Assembly: GCA_025201805.1 (NCBI GenBank)
Contig: MU619264.1
Coordinates: 186,199 to 250,198, forward strand
Origin: Parasitella parasitica NRRL 2501
Taxonomy: Eukaryota > Fungi > Mucoromycota
Length of the DNA stretch: 64,000 nucleotides
Direction of reading: 5' to 3'
The notes beneath the pieces were generated by a model. It searched no databases. It saw nothing but the letters and a program-made list of their open reading frames with translations, and had not been told where the DNA came from. Shown here piece by piece: positions 23,983 through 36,324 of the stretch. The translations under genes were made by a program, and so were the position numbers. Position 1 is the first letter of the stretch. Each line of letters begins with the position of its first letter.

Positions 23983-26318
23983 TAAAGTTACGCATAGTTT
24001 GGACAAATATGGACGCAATTGTACAACAGCATAAATATACACTTTCCCTCTCCCACTGCTCTGCGCACCCAGTCGGTCCAGTCCGGCTCTTGGATACTTT
24101 GGTACTTTGCATGAAACAGCCATCCTTATAATAAATTATTGCCAACATTTTCTAATTTGATACTCACGTAATATATGTCTCCTTGGTTATCTGAATCAAA
24201 GTATAAATATTTACCTTTATAACAAGATAATGTTGTATACTTTTATGGAATTTAACCACAAAATTTGATGGGCGATACGAAAAAATCAAGTTTTGGCATT
24301 TTCCAAACAAAAAAGAAAGCAGGGATCCGACTGGGTGTTAGATGATAAGCTATCATATATGATGTATTCAGCAGACTGATTCAGTGTTATACTATGCCTC
24401 TGCATGCATGCATATATATGCCCGCGCTGTTTGTGTGTATGCCTGGAATATACCATTTAGAAGATCAACTAGTGTTGGATCTCCAGGAATACATGTACAT
24501 GATCAGACATGCACATATATACTATATAGTTCATTTTTTTGTATGAGAGAAACGACAGAAAGAATGGTGGTTTCACTGCATATACATTCAAGTGTAATCT
24601 TTTTCACATACCACGTTTTGTGAATAAATGCATGTAATGTTAATGCTCTTTAATGCAATAGATTTTGAGCTAGTTTGAAACGTGGACATGCACCAAGGGA
24701 GATTATGGTGATCATATTATCTCTCTCTCTCTCTCTTTCTTTCTCTTTTCACCATTATCTAATTGTTAGGTAATGCAGATATGCATATACAATAGGGCTT
24801 TGAGGTTCGATATCAGTTCATCACGCAAATAAACAAGCCCATTCAAATTCAGCGTTTTTAAAAAGTAGAATACTGACTTTTTTGGATATTATTTACACAG
24901 GATTATAAATAAACAGCAAGCAAATATAAACAAACATGGATGATGGAATGGATATGTATAATACTCTTTTCTCGTATCACTTTCACACTACTTTTTTTGT
25001 TATTGTACAGGAAAAGAATTTTCTATTCTTCCTTGTATCTATTGTACGTTTGCAGTGCATAAAAATTGGTGCCATAATAAGGGAGAGCATCTATTGATAC
25101 TTTAACATTTTACAAAAATAATCTTCCTGTGGGAACGTGGTGGATTGCGCTAATGATCAACAGGCAAATAGTTGAGATGGATGATACAAATAACATTATT
25201 CTAAACATGAATAAAGAGTTGAATCACATTGTCGTTATTAAATAAGTGCCACTATTTGTATGTATACATAATTAAAAACCATAGATAGATAGAGACATTT
25301 TTTATGTATACAAAACCTTTAAGTACGACAACACATGCTAAATTGTTTTATATAAATGTCTCGTCTTTTATGAGGTATATCATGTTATATAATATGCTCA
25401 GAAAGTCGTTTATCGCAACATATTCCTAATATATGATTGAAATTTATCGAGTAAGAATATGATTTTACGTTTTTGAAGGGTGTTTTATTTCACATCGCTA
25501 CAAGATGCCAGAGAGCACTTAAGCATGGTGTTAAAAGATATAATAAATTTTAAATATACATAATACAGGACAATAGCTAACAAGGTAGCATTTTATACTT
25601 ATAGAGAGAGTGGTAAGCAAATGTTTAGTGAGCCGATAGAATAAAACTACTATATTGTAGGTGCAATAGCAACAAACTGAAAATAAGAAAGTTTAAAAAT
25701 GGCAGCTTCAAAAAAGCGTTATATCTTACACAAAGCTAAGCTGTATATGCTACAAATCGTAACTAAATATATGTTAACGATCATTTATATAATAAGTCTT
25801 GAACAGGTTATGAAAATGAATGATCAGAATTAGCTGAAATTTTTATCGTTTCATCTATCTTGTAATAACCTGTAACTAGGCATTACATCAGCAGTGTTCA
25901 CATTGGTCACTAAATTATTTAAGTACGCTAATAATACCAAAGATAAATGAACATTAGTGAATCCACCTGTCCTTTTCCCAATATCATATATTTTATCTGA
26001 TAAATATATATCCTTGCCATCATTATCCTTAGTTTACCCAGCCTGAGCTTAAGACCCAGAACAAAATAGGTACAATTATAGATGCTGATTCCTTTATACA
26101 ATTAATACGTTTAAAGAAGAATTTCATTAAATAAAAAAAATAATTAAAATGACTGTGAGCGCATAGCATTTTTCATCTGCTGCATTGCCCTAGTCAGATC
26201 GCGTAGTTTATATGAAAGAAAAACCTTCCCAAAAGACAATAAGGAAAAAGAAAAAAGTATAAAAGCATTTAGAAAAAATAGAGAGATTTAGAAACAGAGC
26301 AAAGAGACATTAACACTT

Positions 26319-27401
26319 TTACACGAGCAACCAATTCACCATAGAGGCGCCAGGATCTTGTGGGGTAGGAGGAGGGACTTGTTCATGGAATAAATGATTC
26401 ATTTCATGCATGATCCTGCAGATTTCAGGCCAATGAACCGGCCACGGAAAGGCTTCTTGGGGATTTCGTGGTTTGTTTGGAGGTAGATGATTCAATAAAT
26501 ATGATAGCGGACCATCAACTGATAGAGGCATTTGTAGTCGACTGTGCATATGAAGACAATCGATAGCATGTTTGCGAGTAAAGTTTTCGAAAGGATGGTA
26601 TATACAGGGACTAGGAATACCACCAGGCAACCAACCAAGGCGCCAACGGAGGACTTGACTACCTTCAATATTTGTCATCGGCGAGAAGAGAATTGGGTCT
26701 ATAATCATTTCTGGGCGGCAAGCAGATATCAATTTGGAGTTTGTGCCAGTGCAAAGGGTTTCAAAGCTATCTTCAAGAAACTTTTGTTTGAGGCTTTTGA
26801 AAGTACGTGGGCCAGGATCATCAATAATCGGAGCGCATTCTTTCCATAGTGGATTGCTAGTCAATTTGTACCAATTCGAATGGCTGGCCGAGGTTTGGAT
26901 ATGTGGAAGTAATAGCTGAAGTAGTGTATCATCGGGCAAATCAAGAGAGCGAATCATATATTTAGTTTGGAGGATCCTAGACCTATCTGTCATTGATGGC
27001 TGTTGTACCAGATGCAACACGACTTTTGTAGAAGATTTAAGAGAACCACCGAAAATGCGACGAATACATTCATTTTGACAAGCTTCAAGTTTTTTGAAAT
27101 GTCCACGATTTAGTGCACTTATAGCAAGACCATATTCCATTTGAGAACAAATCATTTGAACATAAAAACAGACTGAAAGTAATCGACTAAACCCTTTGGA
27201 ATTGACACCAATTGCTGCAATTTGGTTCATAGCTTTCCTGGCTTTCAAAGTATTGTTATTGACAAGAGCAGAAACATCTACATAGCCTCCTGGTTTGAGG
27301 GGGATTCCAAGGTATGAGAAACAAGCTTCTCGGGGTAGTGGTGTATTATAGAGAGAATATGGCTGTTTATTTAGATTTATACAGGTAAAGTGTCTGAACA
27401 A
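26319..27401 (-). mobile_element. 5'-truncated non-LTR retrotransposon ORF (region C-terminal to the reverse transcriptase core)
   Basis: FSYLGIP (RT domain 7-like), ..SQMEYGL.., LEACQNECIRRIFGG, RWRLGWLPGG, Cys/His end CIYH..HAIDCLHMH. The catalytic YADD region is absent. Confidence 0.85.
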
Positions 27402-27780
27402 TTTTTTTACTTTGTCTAAAACTAACTTTCTTTTCGTCTGATTTCCATTTCCATTTCATAAGGTAAGCATATGATCTGAATTTAAATCTCCATTTGTCCA
27501 CAAAAAAAATAGCATCTGTTTAGTCATGAAGTTATTGCTCAAGTAATGAAATTTGAAAAGGATTTATATACTACAAGTCAAGATATCAGGTAATACAAGT
27601 ATGATATAGCTAAATTGACATCTCTTCTCACATGCAGATGAATATAAATGCCTTGTAAATATCAATGTATATTTGTACGATTCTCATCCATTAAATTAAT
27701 TATGCTCATAAAACGCTTAACCTACATAATCAAGCAAACAAGTATTCTATAATTTAAGCAAAAACGTCCCATTACTGATT

Positions 27781-29513
27781 TTATTTTTGGAATGAGATGT
27801 TGATATGTGATTCACCCATTTGAAACCTAAACAAGTATATTAACATCAAATTATCATTTGTATGCCGTTGGACCTTACCTGTTGTATTTTCTTCTGAAAG
27901 TAACAGCCGACTCGACACTCGAGAATGTAACCGTTGCCGAATTAACACTTGAATCCAAATTGATATCATGTGCACCTCCATTGATTTCATTCGTCATGGC
28001 TCGTATATCTTGTTCTTTTGTATCTTTGCTCAAGCCCTTGATGATGAGTATGTTTGATTTGCCATTGGTGACAATAGGCAAGACTGGCGTTGCTGTAGTT
28101 AAAGCAGAGGAGTTCTTGTTGGGAACAGTAGCTGCCCTGGATACAGCAGAGTTACCTGAATTACCTAAACGAGTTGTGATACTTGGCTTTTCATACGGCT
28201 TTCTATCAAACGGTGTTGTACTTTTTCTGTCGTAAGGTGATAATTCCCGTCTTTCATTTGGTGGCTGATATGGAATGTTTTTGGGCGGTAGGTTATTATT
28301 GCGGGCAGCAGCAGCGACGCCTTTAATTGTGATTCCACCAGCAGAAGACGAAGTAAATCTTTCCTGTCGTTTTGCTGCTCGATTCTCATAATTGCTATCT
28401 TCAGACCTGGGGCGCTTTTCTCCACTCTAATGGTTGACAGTTAATAAATAGCACAAAAAAATGAATCTTTGCAACTTTTTTACCTCGCCGTTCTTTTGTT
28501 CCTGTTTCTTTCGCATAATTTCAGTAGCTTCTCGACGTTTTTGGTCCACTCTTTGCTGCTCTTGTTGCTGAAGCTGCATTTGCCTTTGCATAAGAAGCAT
28601 GCGCTGAGCCTCCATTTCCATGAACCGTTGTTGCTGTTGCTGTTGCAATTGCATCTGTTGCGACGCTCCACCAGCACCTTTGTTGAATTTTGGATTAACG
28701 TAGATACGGTTCGAGAATGGCGGATATTGTGGGAACATGTTACTATTAAAAAATGAATACCCAAGAGGAATAAACAGCATAAATACATCATAATGAAAAG
28801 AGTAAATGTCAAAAGTAAGATGTATAAAGTCAATGTAACAATGTTGGCCTTTTTTTTTTTTCTCTTTTTTTCTCTTTTTTTCTCTTTTTTTCTCTTTTTT
28901 TTCTCTCATATATATTTTCAATAGTTGCACAGCTACGTATATATTAGTAATAAAAAAAAATTAAAAAAAAAAAAAAAAAAAAAAGAAAATGGTGAGGGTT
29001 AGAGAGGGGGTGGGGAATAGCGAAGCGCGTCAAAAAGACAACAGAGGATACAGACGGTAAAAGAAAAAAGAATAAAATTAATACTAAAACCTACTTCATT
29101 GGGATTGGCTTTTGATTGTAAAATCCATTACGATTGTATGCATTAAACTTGTAGTTGTTGTTGTACTTGCTAAAGTTTGGTTGCTGTTGAGGTTGTCGCT
29201 GTGCGAATACTGGCTTCTTTGGCACAGATTTAACGTCGTTGGGTGTTTCTCCTTCTTCTAGGTTATTATTTACAGTTTTTTCTTCTTGTTTCTCGACTAA
29301 TGTAGTCGTGTCTGATGTTAGAGTTGATGCTGGAGCTATTTCTTTAGAAGTCTGTTTTTCTTGCTCTCCTTTTTCAACTTGGGTCAACGTAGATGCGTTT
29401 TCATCGCGAAGCTCCTTTTCCAACGCTTCCAATTCTTCGTTTGTAAGCTCTGGTCCATCGATGTCTCCCAAATCTCCAAAGTCTTCAAAATCTAACTCGT
29501 CATCAGGTAGCAT
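27781..29513 (-). CDS. Low-complexity RNA-binding protein with a C-terminal RRM (RBM33-like), 4 exons
   Basis: Exons 29513-29095, 28742-28484, 28426-27879 and 27826-27781 join in frame. Acidic N-terminus, IYVNPKF motif, Q/E-rich coil, terminal RRM ILIIKGLS..ATVTFSSVESAVTFRRKYNRFQMGESHINISF. Confidence 0.78.
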
Positions 29514-30596
29514 TGTTTGTATATATAAGTTTTCTTGAAGGTGAAAAAGGGGAGAAACCGAAAAAAAGAATAGAAAGAGAAATATATACTGAAAATGAGC
29601 CTGGAAAACGAGTGACCATACAATTGATTGGACTGCAGTTGTTTACGTCAAATTAAACAGAGCTTGTTAAGGAATGAAATGCCATGCTACTTATCACGGT
29701 ACCTTTTCATTGTCATGGGAGTTGAATATATTTTCGACAAGACTCGACATCCCATTGATTAATATTCGTCTTGTAGCTGCAATCTGAGACGTCCACAATG
29801 AAGGGGTGCTAATAAAGAGAACGGGGGTGGTAATTAGCACTGTTGTATTGCACACAGTTACAAAGGGCTGTTTTTCCAAGTTTGATACACAAAGAGGCGC
29901 CCATGTATTTTTTGCACTGTATATACACACAAGGATCCATTAAGCCCTAGTCCTCGTCAAATAAATAAATGTTAAATGACGATAACATCAAGATTCATCA
30001 TGCTCATATCGTTTATGTTAACCGTGCTTTCCACCGAAATTTCAACTCAGGTTTAAGCAGACTTGTTTTCAAAGTACATATGTTTGTACAATTCTCGGAC
30101 CAAGAGAACTGTGAACATTAATATTGCTGATACACGAAAAAGCTTATAATTCTAAATAGATTTAGATATTTTTTCTTATGGTTTTTTATTTAAATGAAAA
30201 ATCATAATACAATATAACATGTTGCAGAGGTTGATTTCAATGGACCATAGACAATATCAACTAGCAACATATATATATATGTATATATAAACGAAAAGCA
30301 TAAAATGGGAGGAAGAAATGTATATATTCAAAGGATTCCATGTTGACTGAAACTGTTATAGTTAATGTGAGTGAGAATATATTCCAAACATAAAGTGAGG
30401 GTGGTACATGACAAGTTACAATTCAACTATATAAAATAGCCAAATAGAATCATCATCAAATGAGAGTTTTTTTTTGTTTTTTGTTTGTTGTTAATTTTGC
30501 TAGTTTTTTTTTGTTTTTTCTTTTTTTAAGAGAGGTTGTATATGTGAAGGAAGAAATGATTCTTGTTTTACATTTTTTGGAGTTTTAATGATTCTT

Positions 30597-31044
30597 TTAA
30601 AAGAGGTGGTCTGTATATACATTTTGTTGATGCTGCTGTTGATAATAGGAGGAGGTGCTTTCCCATGATGATTGTTGCTTAAGTGTGTTTTGAATATTCG
30701 AGGATGATAAGGTAATTACTGAGGATGCAGAGGATGCTGATGAAAAGGAAGAAGATGATGCTTGGGAATAAGGATGATTTGATGATGTCTGGTACAATGA
30801 AGAACGACGTCGAGGATATGGTATTTCGCAAGTAGGAGCAGGCGATGGACTGTTTTGAGCGAGGTAGGATTTTAGTTGGTGAGTATCATAAGGTTTAGAT
30901 GCTTCATTTGTCTGGCAGGTAACTGAACAAAAGTTCAAGTTCTGTAATTCTAAAGCTTAATATCAAAATTAAATTGGTCTCAATAAATCAACTTACCTCT
31001 TCCTGCAATTGTTTTTCACAATAGAGACAAATGTTTAAATCCAT
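30597..31044 (-). CDS. Ecl1-family small zinc-binding protein, 2 exons
   Basis: MDLNICLYCEKQLQEE|NLNFCSVTCQTNE (CxxCxK..[YF]CSxxC) followed by a Ser-rich tail. Intron 30996..30942. Confidence 0.75.
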
Positions 31045-33649
31045 GATATGATATCAGCAAAGTTGATAAGAAGCCTAAAGAAAAAGAAAGAAAGGAATCA
31101 TGATAGAAAAGGCAGGTATTTATATGAAATAGAAATGGGCTAAAGTCACATTAATATGGATGTATAGTAAATGATGATGAGGGGTGGAAGGGGTAAGGGT
31201 TCGTACTTTATACAATATAAACATGTTTTCTGGACAAATGATCTTATTATTATTTTTTTAGGTAAGAGAGATATAATGATTATCCAGTAACACTCATTGA
31301 GGAGACTAGTGCGCCAGACTGGCCATGGGTTACGAAAGCTAATGAGCCATTATAATGAGATTAGATGGAAATCAACGATGTTGAGAATATAGCTTTAGCA
31401 ACCGAGTTTTCGATATCTTTCGTACCACGAGGTCTCAAGTTTGACGATAAACGTTATCTAAAGATGCCGTTGTATATAAAATATAATCTAGACATGATAA
31501 TAAACACAAGAGCGACCAACAAGATGAAGGTGAGACGTCAATCTTTGGAGTTGCGCAACGACTACCTTTTGCAAATAATGAAACCAAATATTTTCACTAT
31601 TTTGACATATACCTTTACGTGAAAAATAAAGTGGCTTAAGCCAAATAACTGTTTTTTTTACAGCAACCCATTATGAATATAAGGTTTTTCCAACTAACCT
31701 CGACTATTCGTAGCCGTTCTAATGCATGTCGATCTGCGGAATCGTTGCATAAATCAACAAATCAAGGCAGTTTCGTCTTCCGCCATTATTACAACAAAAG
31801 TCATATAACAGCTTGGATAATAGATTGATGAAGCTACCAACATATTTACTTATAAAAAAATATGCAGTGTATACCATGAACAGTCTTGAGAGACTTTTAA
31901 ACCAGTACGCACTCATTTTCTTAAAAGTAGGATGCCATGTCAGAAACTGTAATTTCTACCAATCATTTACAGCGTATTAATGGTCATCACGACAATCTCT
32001 TTCTTGTCGTTGAAAACAACCAATCAGTGATATGTCACAATTAGAGGAATTCTGCTTTTTTATTGTATAGATTATGTCTGCTTAATGATCACCGGGGCAG
32101 AGCGAGCCTGTTGCGTTTATTGTTGTAGTTTCCCAATTGTCCTAAAGTCAGTCTCGAGATTACATATCATTGACTATATATCATTGAACTTATTTGGCAT
32201 TGTTCTTAACGTGTGACGCTTCATATCAGATGCTGCTGTATTTAATTGTCTCATGATCTAAATTCTGCCCAGAACAGCTGTTTGTTTTAAGGAGGGGATT
32301 GATTTGCGATGTTGAATCCATTTTGTATTGATCAAGTCTGTCGTAAAATCTTGAAAATAAAGTGCTGAAGAACATATAGCAAGAGAAAACAATACATTTC
32401 TTCAGTTTTTTCAATACAGTGGTTCAAGCCTAATTTACTCTATCTTGAAACCCCCTCCTACATTTTTGAAAGGATTCACGCGCTTGCGCAAAGCTAAATT
32501 GCCCAGAGAAATGAAATTAGCTTGGCTATACGTTCAAATCATATTGCAACTTTATAGTCCTTGGTGTATTTCTGAAGGCAGCTCGTTTATAGTTTTTTAC
32601 AGAATTCAATTATAATGTCAAGGCGAGCGCTTCTACCTTCTATTTTTTTGATAGTGTGTCCACAGCGTTAGATAAAACAGCCAGCAGAGTATTGTGTATA
32701 ATATTTGGATTCCAATGAATAACATATGGAGGGGCCTCTGTTACTAATTCGATAATAACATATATGATATCTGCATAGCGTCTATTTTTCCATTCACAAG
32801 AATTCCTTACGCAGCGATCTTGAATATTTTGACTTGCAGTATTGTTTTCAGCGAGCCGGGAAGTGTGTATTTGTATTTGTATTAGTGATTCTTGGGGCTT
32901 TATTTTTTCATCAAACCCGTGTCTGTTCAATACTTGCGTGAAATTGCAAAAGCTTGATATTGTTATACTTTAAGAACTGTAAAGAGATAAACTGCTCTAT
33001 TTTGCGAATCCAAGTTACAGATACTATTACGAAAATAAATGTACAATATGTCATAGAACTTACTAAGCCCATCATTGCACTGTGCTTGCGCTTTTTTTTT
33101 ATTATGCGTGTGTCAAAAACACGTCAATGGGCTGATTTTAGGCGTGCAAAATCATTTTAAATAAATCGGCTTTGCCATTGATTCAAAGCTTGCGATCAAT
33201 GTAATTGTTTTTAAAAAGTCGCAATCTTTATTCCATATCGTGGATTATCTATTCAACATCTTGCAATAATAATTGAATAATAGAAAATGACCATATGATT
33301 AGAGCCTATTTTCTTTGTGATAACGTTTTCACTGCATATTAAGACTTATGTATCGAATGGCATCATTTTTGAAATAGCTGCTTCTGCCAAGAGGACATGA
33401 CTGACCTTCTTGTTTGCATGATAAAGTTGCGCATATTGCATGAATGACTTTGGTAAGAACGAGATTTTTATTACAAAATAAGGCATATGTCTTGTGAGAA
33501 TATCACGCAATCGGTATTAGTTTAATCTCAAAATATGCCACATGTACGGTACATACCCCCTCCCATCAATTGTCATCATAATAGATATGTATGAACCATC
33601 TTATACTACATCTTTTATTTTACAGAATCGAATTAAATATACAGAAGAC

Positions 33650-34644
33650 TCAACATAGAATACCATATAAAATCATCACTGAGGTAGCTGTAGCCACGCT
33701 CAAGGCAACAGCAATGGGCCCAAAGCTTTCTGAGATTCTCTTGCCAGCATTATAGAAACAAGTAGGGCAATAATCAGCTGTACAAAGCATATTAGCAAAT
33801 AATTCAAACAAGAACCCAATGAATACTTACATCCTGACATGGCTGAATAAGACTCTGGAGAGTAGAATGCGATAGATAATCTGGTATAAGGAGCCAACCA
33901 GCCGGGTTGAGCGGGAGCCGAGACGCCTCGTTGGTCATAGAGCTGAATTTGATACATGCCCATCATAAGAGGAGAGGCTGCAGGAACATCTTTGATTTGC
34001 CAAACAGCACTCGTAGCAAGGCCAGGCATGGCAGTAATGGTATAGGTGACTTTGTTGGGTGCAACAGCAGCTAAAGTCAGGTTGGCTGGTTGAACTCGTA
34101 AATCTGTAAATGACCAGACGAACGTGACATTTTCTCTGGAGTCAATGCGATATAATGGCGAAACTGATTTACTAGCGGTTGGCGTAACAAACGAGGCAGC
34201 ACCGGGATAGACACTGTTGCCGTAACTTGCAGATGTTGGCAATGCATCCAGTGTGTTGTTGTTTGCTGCTCCGCTGTTTACAACGCCTGATTGTGTGGCA
34301 TTGGAGGTACCGCCACTTAAAATCCCCGTTGCAATAGGCTGTTGACTTGCGGATATGGCTACTGACCCTGATGCGGCAGGGGGTTGTGTTGCAGAAGCGA
34401 CCGGTGCTGCTACACTACTAGGTTGTACTGGAGCCGCATTTGATGTTATAACTGCATCTACATGAATCAATATTAATTAATTGTTCTTTAATCGACAACA
34501 TTAGCTATTATTTTACCCTGAGGAACTAATTTAAATAAAATCCAAATGTCAGTATAGGGCTTGATAATATTGTGTCTGATCAATCACTGTACCTGCATTC
34601 ACAATTGCAATAAGAACAGCCAAAAATAAAGGAATGAGATGCAT
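33650..34644 (-). CDS. Secreted or membrane-anchored fungal protein (DUF7137-like), with a 9-nt microexon
   Basis: Signal peptide MHLIPLFLAVLIAIVNA, Ser/Ala/Pro-rich stalk, PLYRI..VTFVWSFTDL..P..L domain, DYCPTC and a hydrophobic C-terminus. Confidence 0.75.
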
Positions 34645-34658
34645 CTTTTTTGAATCTA

Positions 34659-34661
<3 letters not shown>

Positions 34662-34740
<79 letters not shown>
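34662..34740. repeat. Poly(A) tract of about 79 nt (poly-U on the gene strand) just upstream of the ATG at 34644
   Basis: A-run interrupted only by TT at 34693-94. Confidence 0.9.
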
Positions 34741-34748
<8 letters not shown>

Positions 34749-35135
34749 TTTTTCAACACTTTTTATATGATATAAATTCCCTTTCGAGGTCTATTTTTGG
34801 TGCTACATAAGCCAAAAGAAATATTACAGGATAAGTATCCTCTAATAATAAACTTTTCAATTTGTACACATTTTAATTGTTTTCAAGGAAATAAAATGTC
34901 AAGCTATCATCTCAAGAGACATCTCGCGATCACTTGTCATAATTGTTGATTTGATACAAGTAAACTGATACCTTTTCGTATTATTTTAAAGTTGCCATGA
35001 CACTGAGTTTGAGTTTTGAATGTCATCTGATGATGATTGTAACGTTCTTTGATGTGGGATCTATTTTTACCAGCAAAATGTACTCCACATTTTAAGCTTC
35101 TTTTCTTTTCTCTCTCTTGTTTACTCTTAACAAAT

Positions 35136-36247
35136 ATGTCAGTCGAACAAGGTAAGTTTAGCGATTATTTTTTTTTTGGAAAGAGCATGTAAATGTCTTC
35201 TAGATCGCGTTCAAGAATACCTCGATTTTGCAATCAATTTGGCCAAGGAAGCTGGTGCCATTATCAAGACCGCCGTTGATTTTCGCATGGCAGGAACAGG
35301 CTCAAATATTGAGCTAAAAAAAGAAAATCCAACAGATCTCGTGACAGAAACAGACAAAGCTGTTGAAGAATATATCAAGGAACGTCTTTCAAAGACATAT
35401 CCTGATCACAAGTAATGCAAATATAGACAATTCTTCTATTTCACCAGTTCACCAATTTTGTATACAGATTTATTGGCGAAGAGACTTTTGCTAGTGGTAC
35501 AAGGACAGAATTCACCCATGAACCAACTTGGATTGTTGACCCCATTGGTGAATATCTCATTTGCAATTGCCATTACAACATGCTAATTTAATCCACACAG
35601 ATGGTACCACAAATTTTATCCATGGATATCCATTTGTCGCGGTTTCCATCGGCTTAACAATCAACAAGATCCCAACTATCGGTGTCGTCTTTAACCCTCT
35701 ATTGAACGAGCTCTACTCAGCAGCCAAAGGCAAAGGTGCTTATCTTAACTCAACACAAAAGTTGCCATTGTTTAATCCGCCTCAGCCTTTGGTTGACTTG
35801 TCTCATTGTTTGATTGCCACCGAGGCTGGATCCGATAGATCAAAGTCTGTCATTGATGCTAAGATTGCTGCCATTCACGATATGCTTCAAAAGAAATCAG
35901 ATAGGAATCCTTTTGCTGCTGAAGCTCATAGTGTTCGAACCACCGGGTCTGCTGCATTGAATTTATGCAACGTGGCCAAGGGTATCATTGATGTTTATTG
36001 GGAAGTCGGATGTTGGGAATGGGATGTAGCTGCTGCAATTGTTATTGTTACAGAGTCAGGCGGCCTTGTTCTAGAAGGCAATAATGACAAATTGAATTAT
36101 GAACCTGTCAATATCTTTTGTCGCAAGTATTTAGCTATTCGTGCTGCAAGAGACAAGGACAGTCAACTGGAAATCGCTTCTCAAATGAAAGATTTGATCC
36201 CTACTATTGACGCACCTCGTGCTCGTGTTCCTGGAGGTTTTGAATAA
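35136..36247 (+). CDS. Inositol monophosphatase, 4 exons
   Basis: DLVTETDKAVE, FIGEE, TWIVDPI|DGTTNFIHG, RTTGSAALNLC and WEWDVAAA. Confidence 0.96.
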
Positions 36248-36324
36248 TAAGACTATCATATAGAATAAAAGATTTTGATGTAAAAAGTAATGTCAAAGTA
36301 AATTTTGTAACTTTTATTAAGACT

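Noticed and set aside
26168-26200. Minus-strand CTGACTAG...GAAA in the LINE 3' region, resembling a hammerhead ribozyme core
   Set aside because: The core needs CUGANGA and paired flanking helices. Neither is met.
31300-33300. Several 60-96 aa ORFs in a long intergenic region
   Set aside because: No motifs, no plausible splice chains, AT-rich background.
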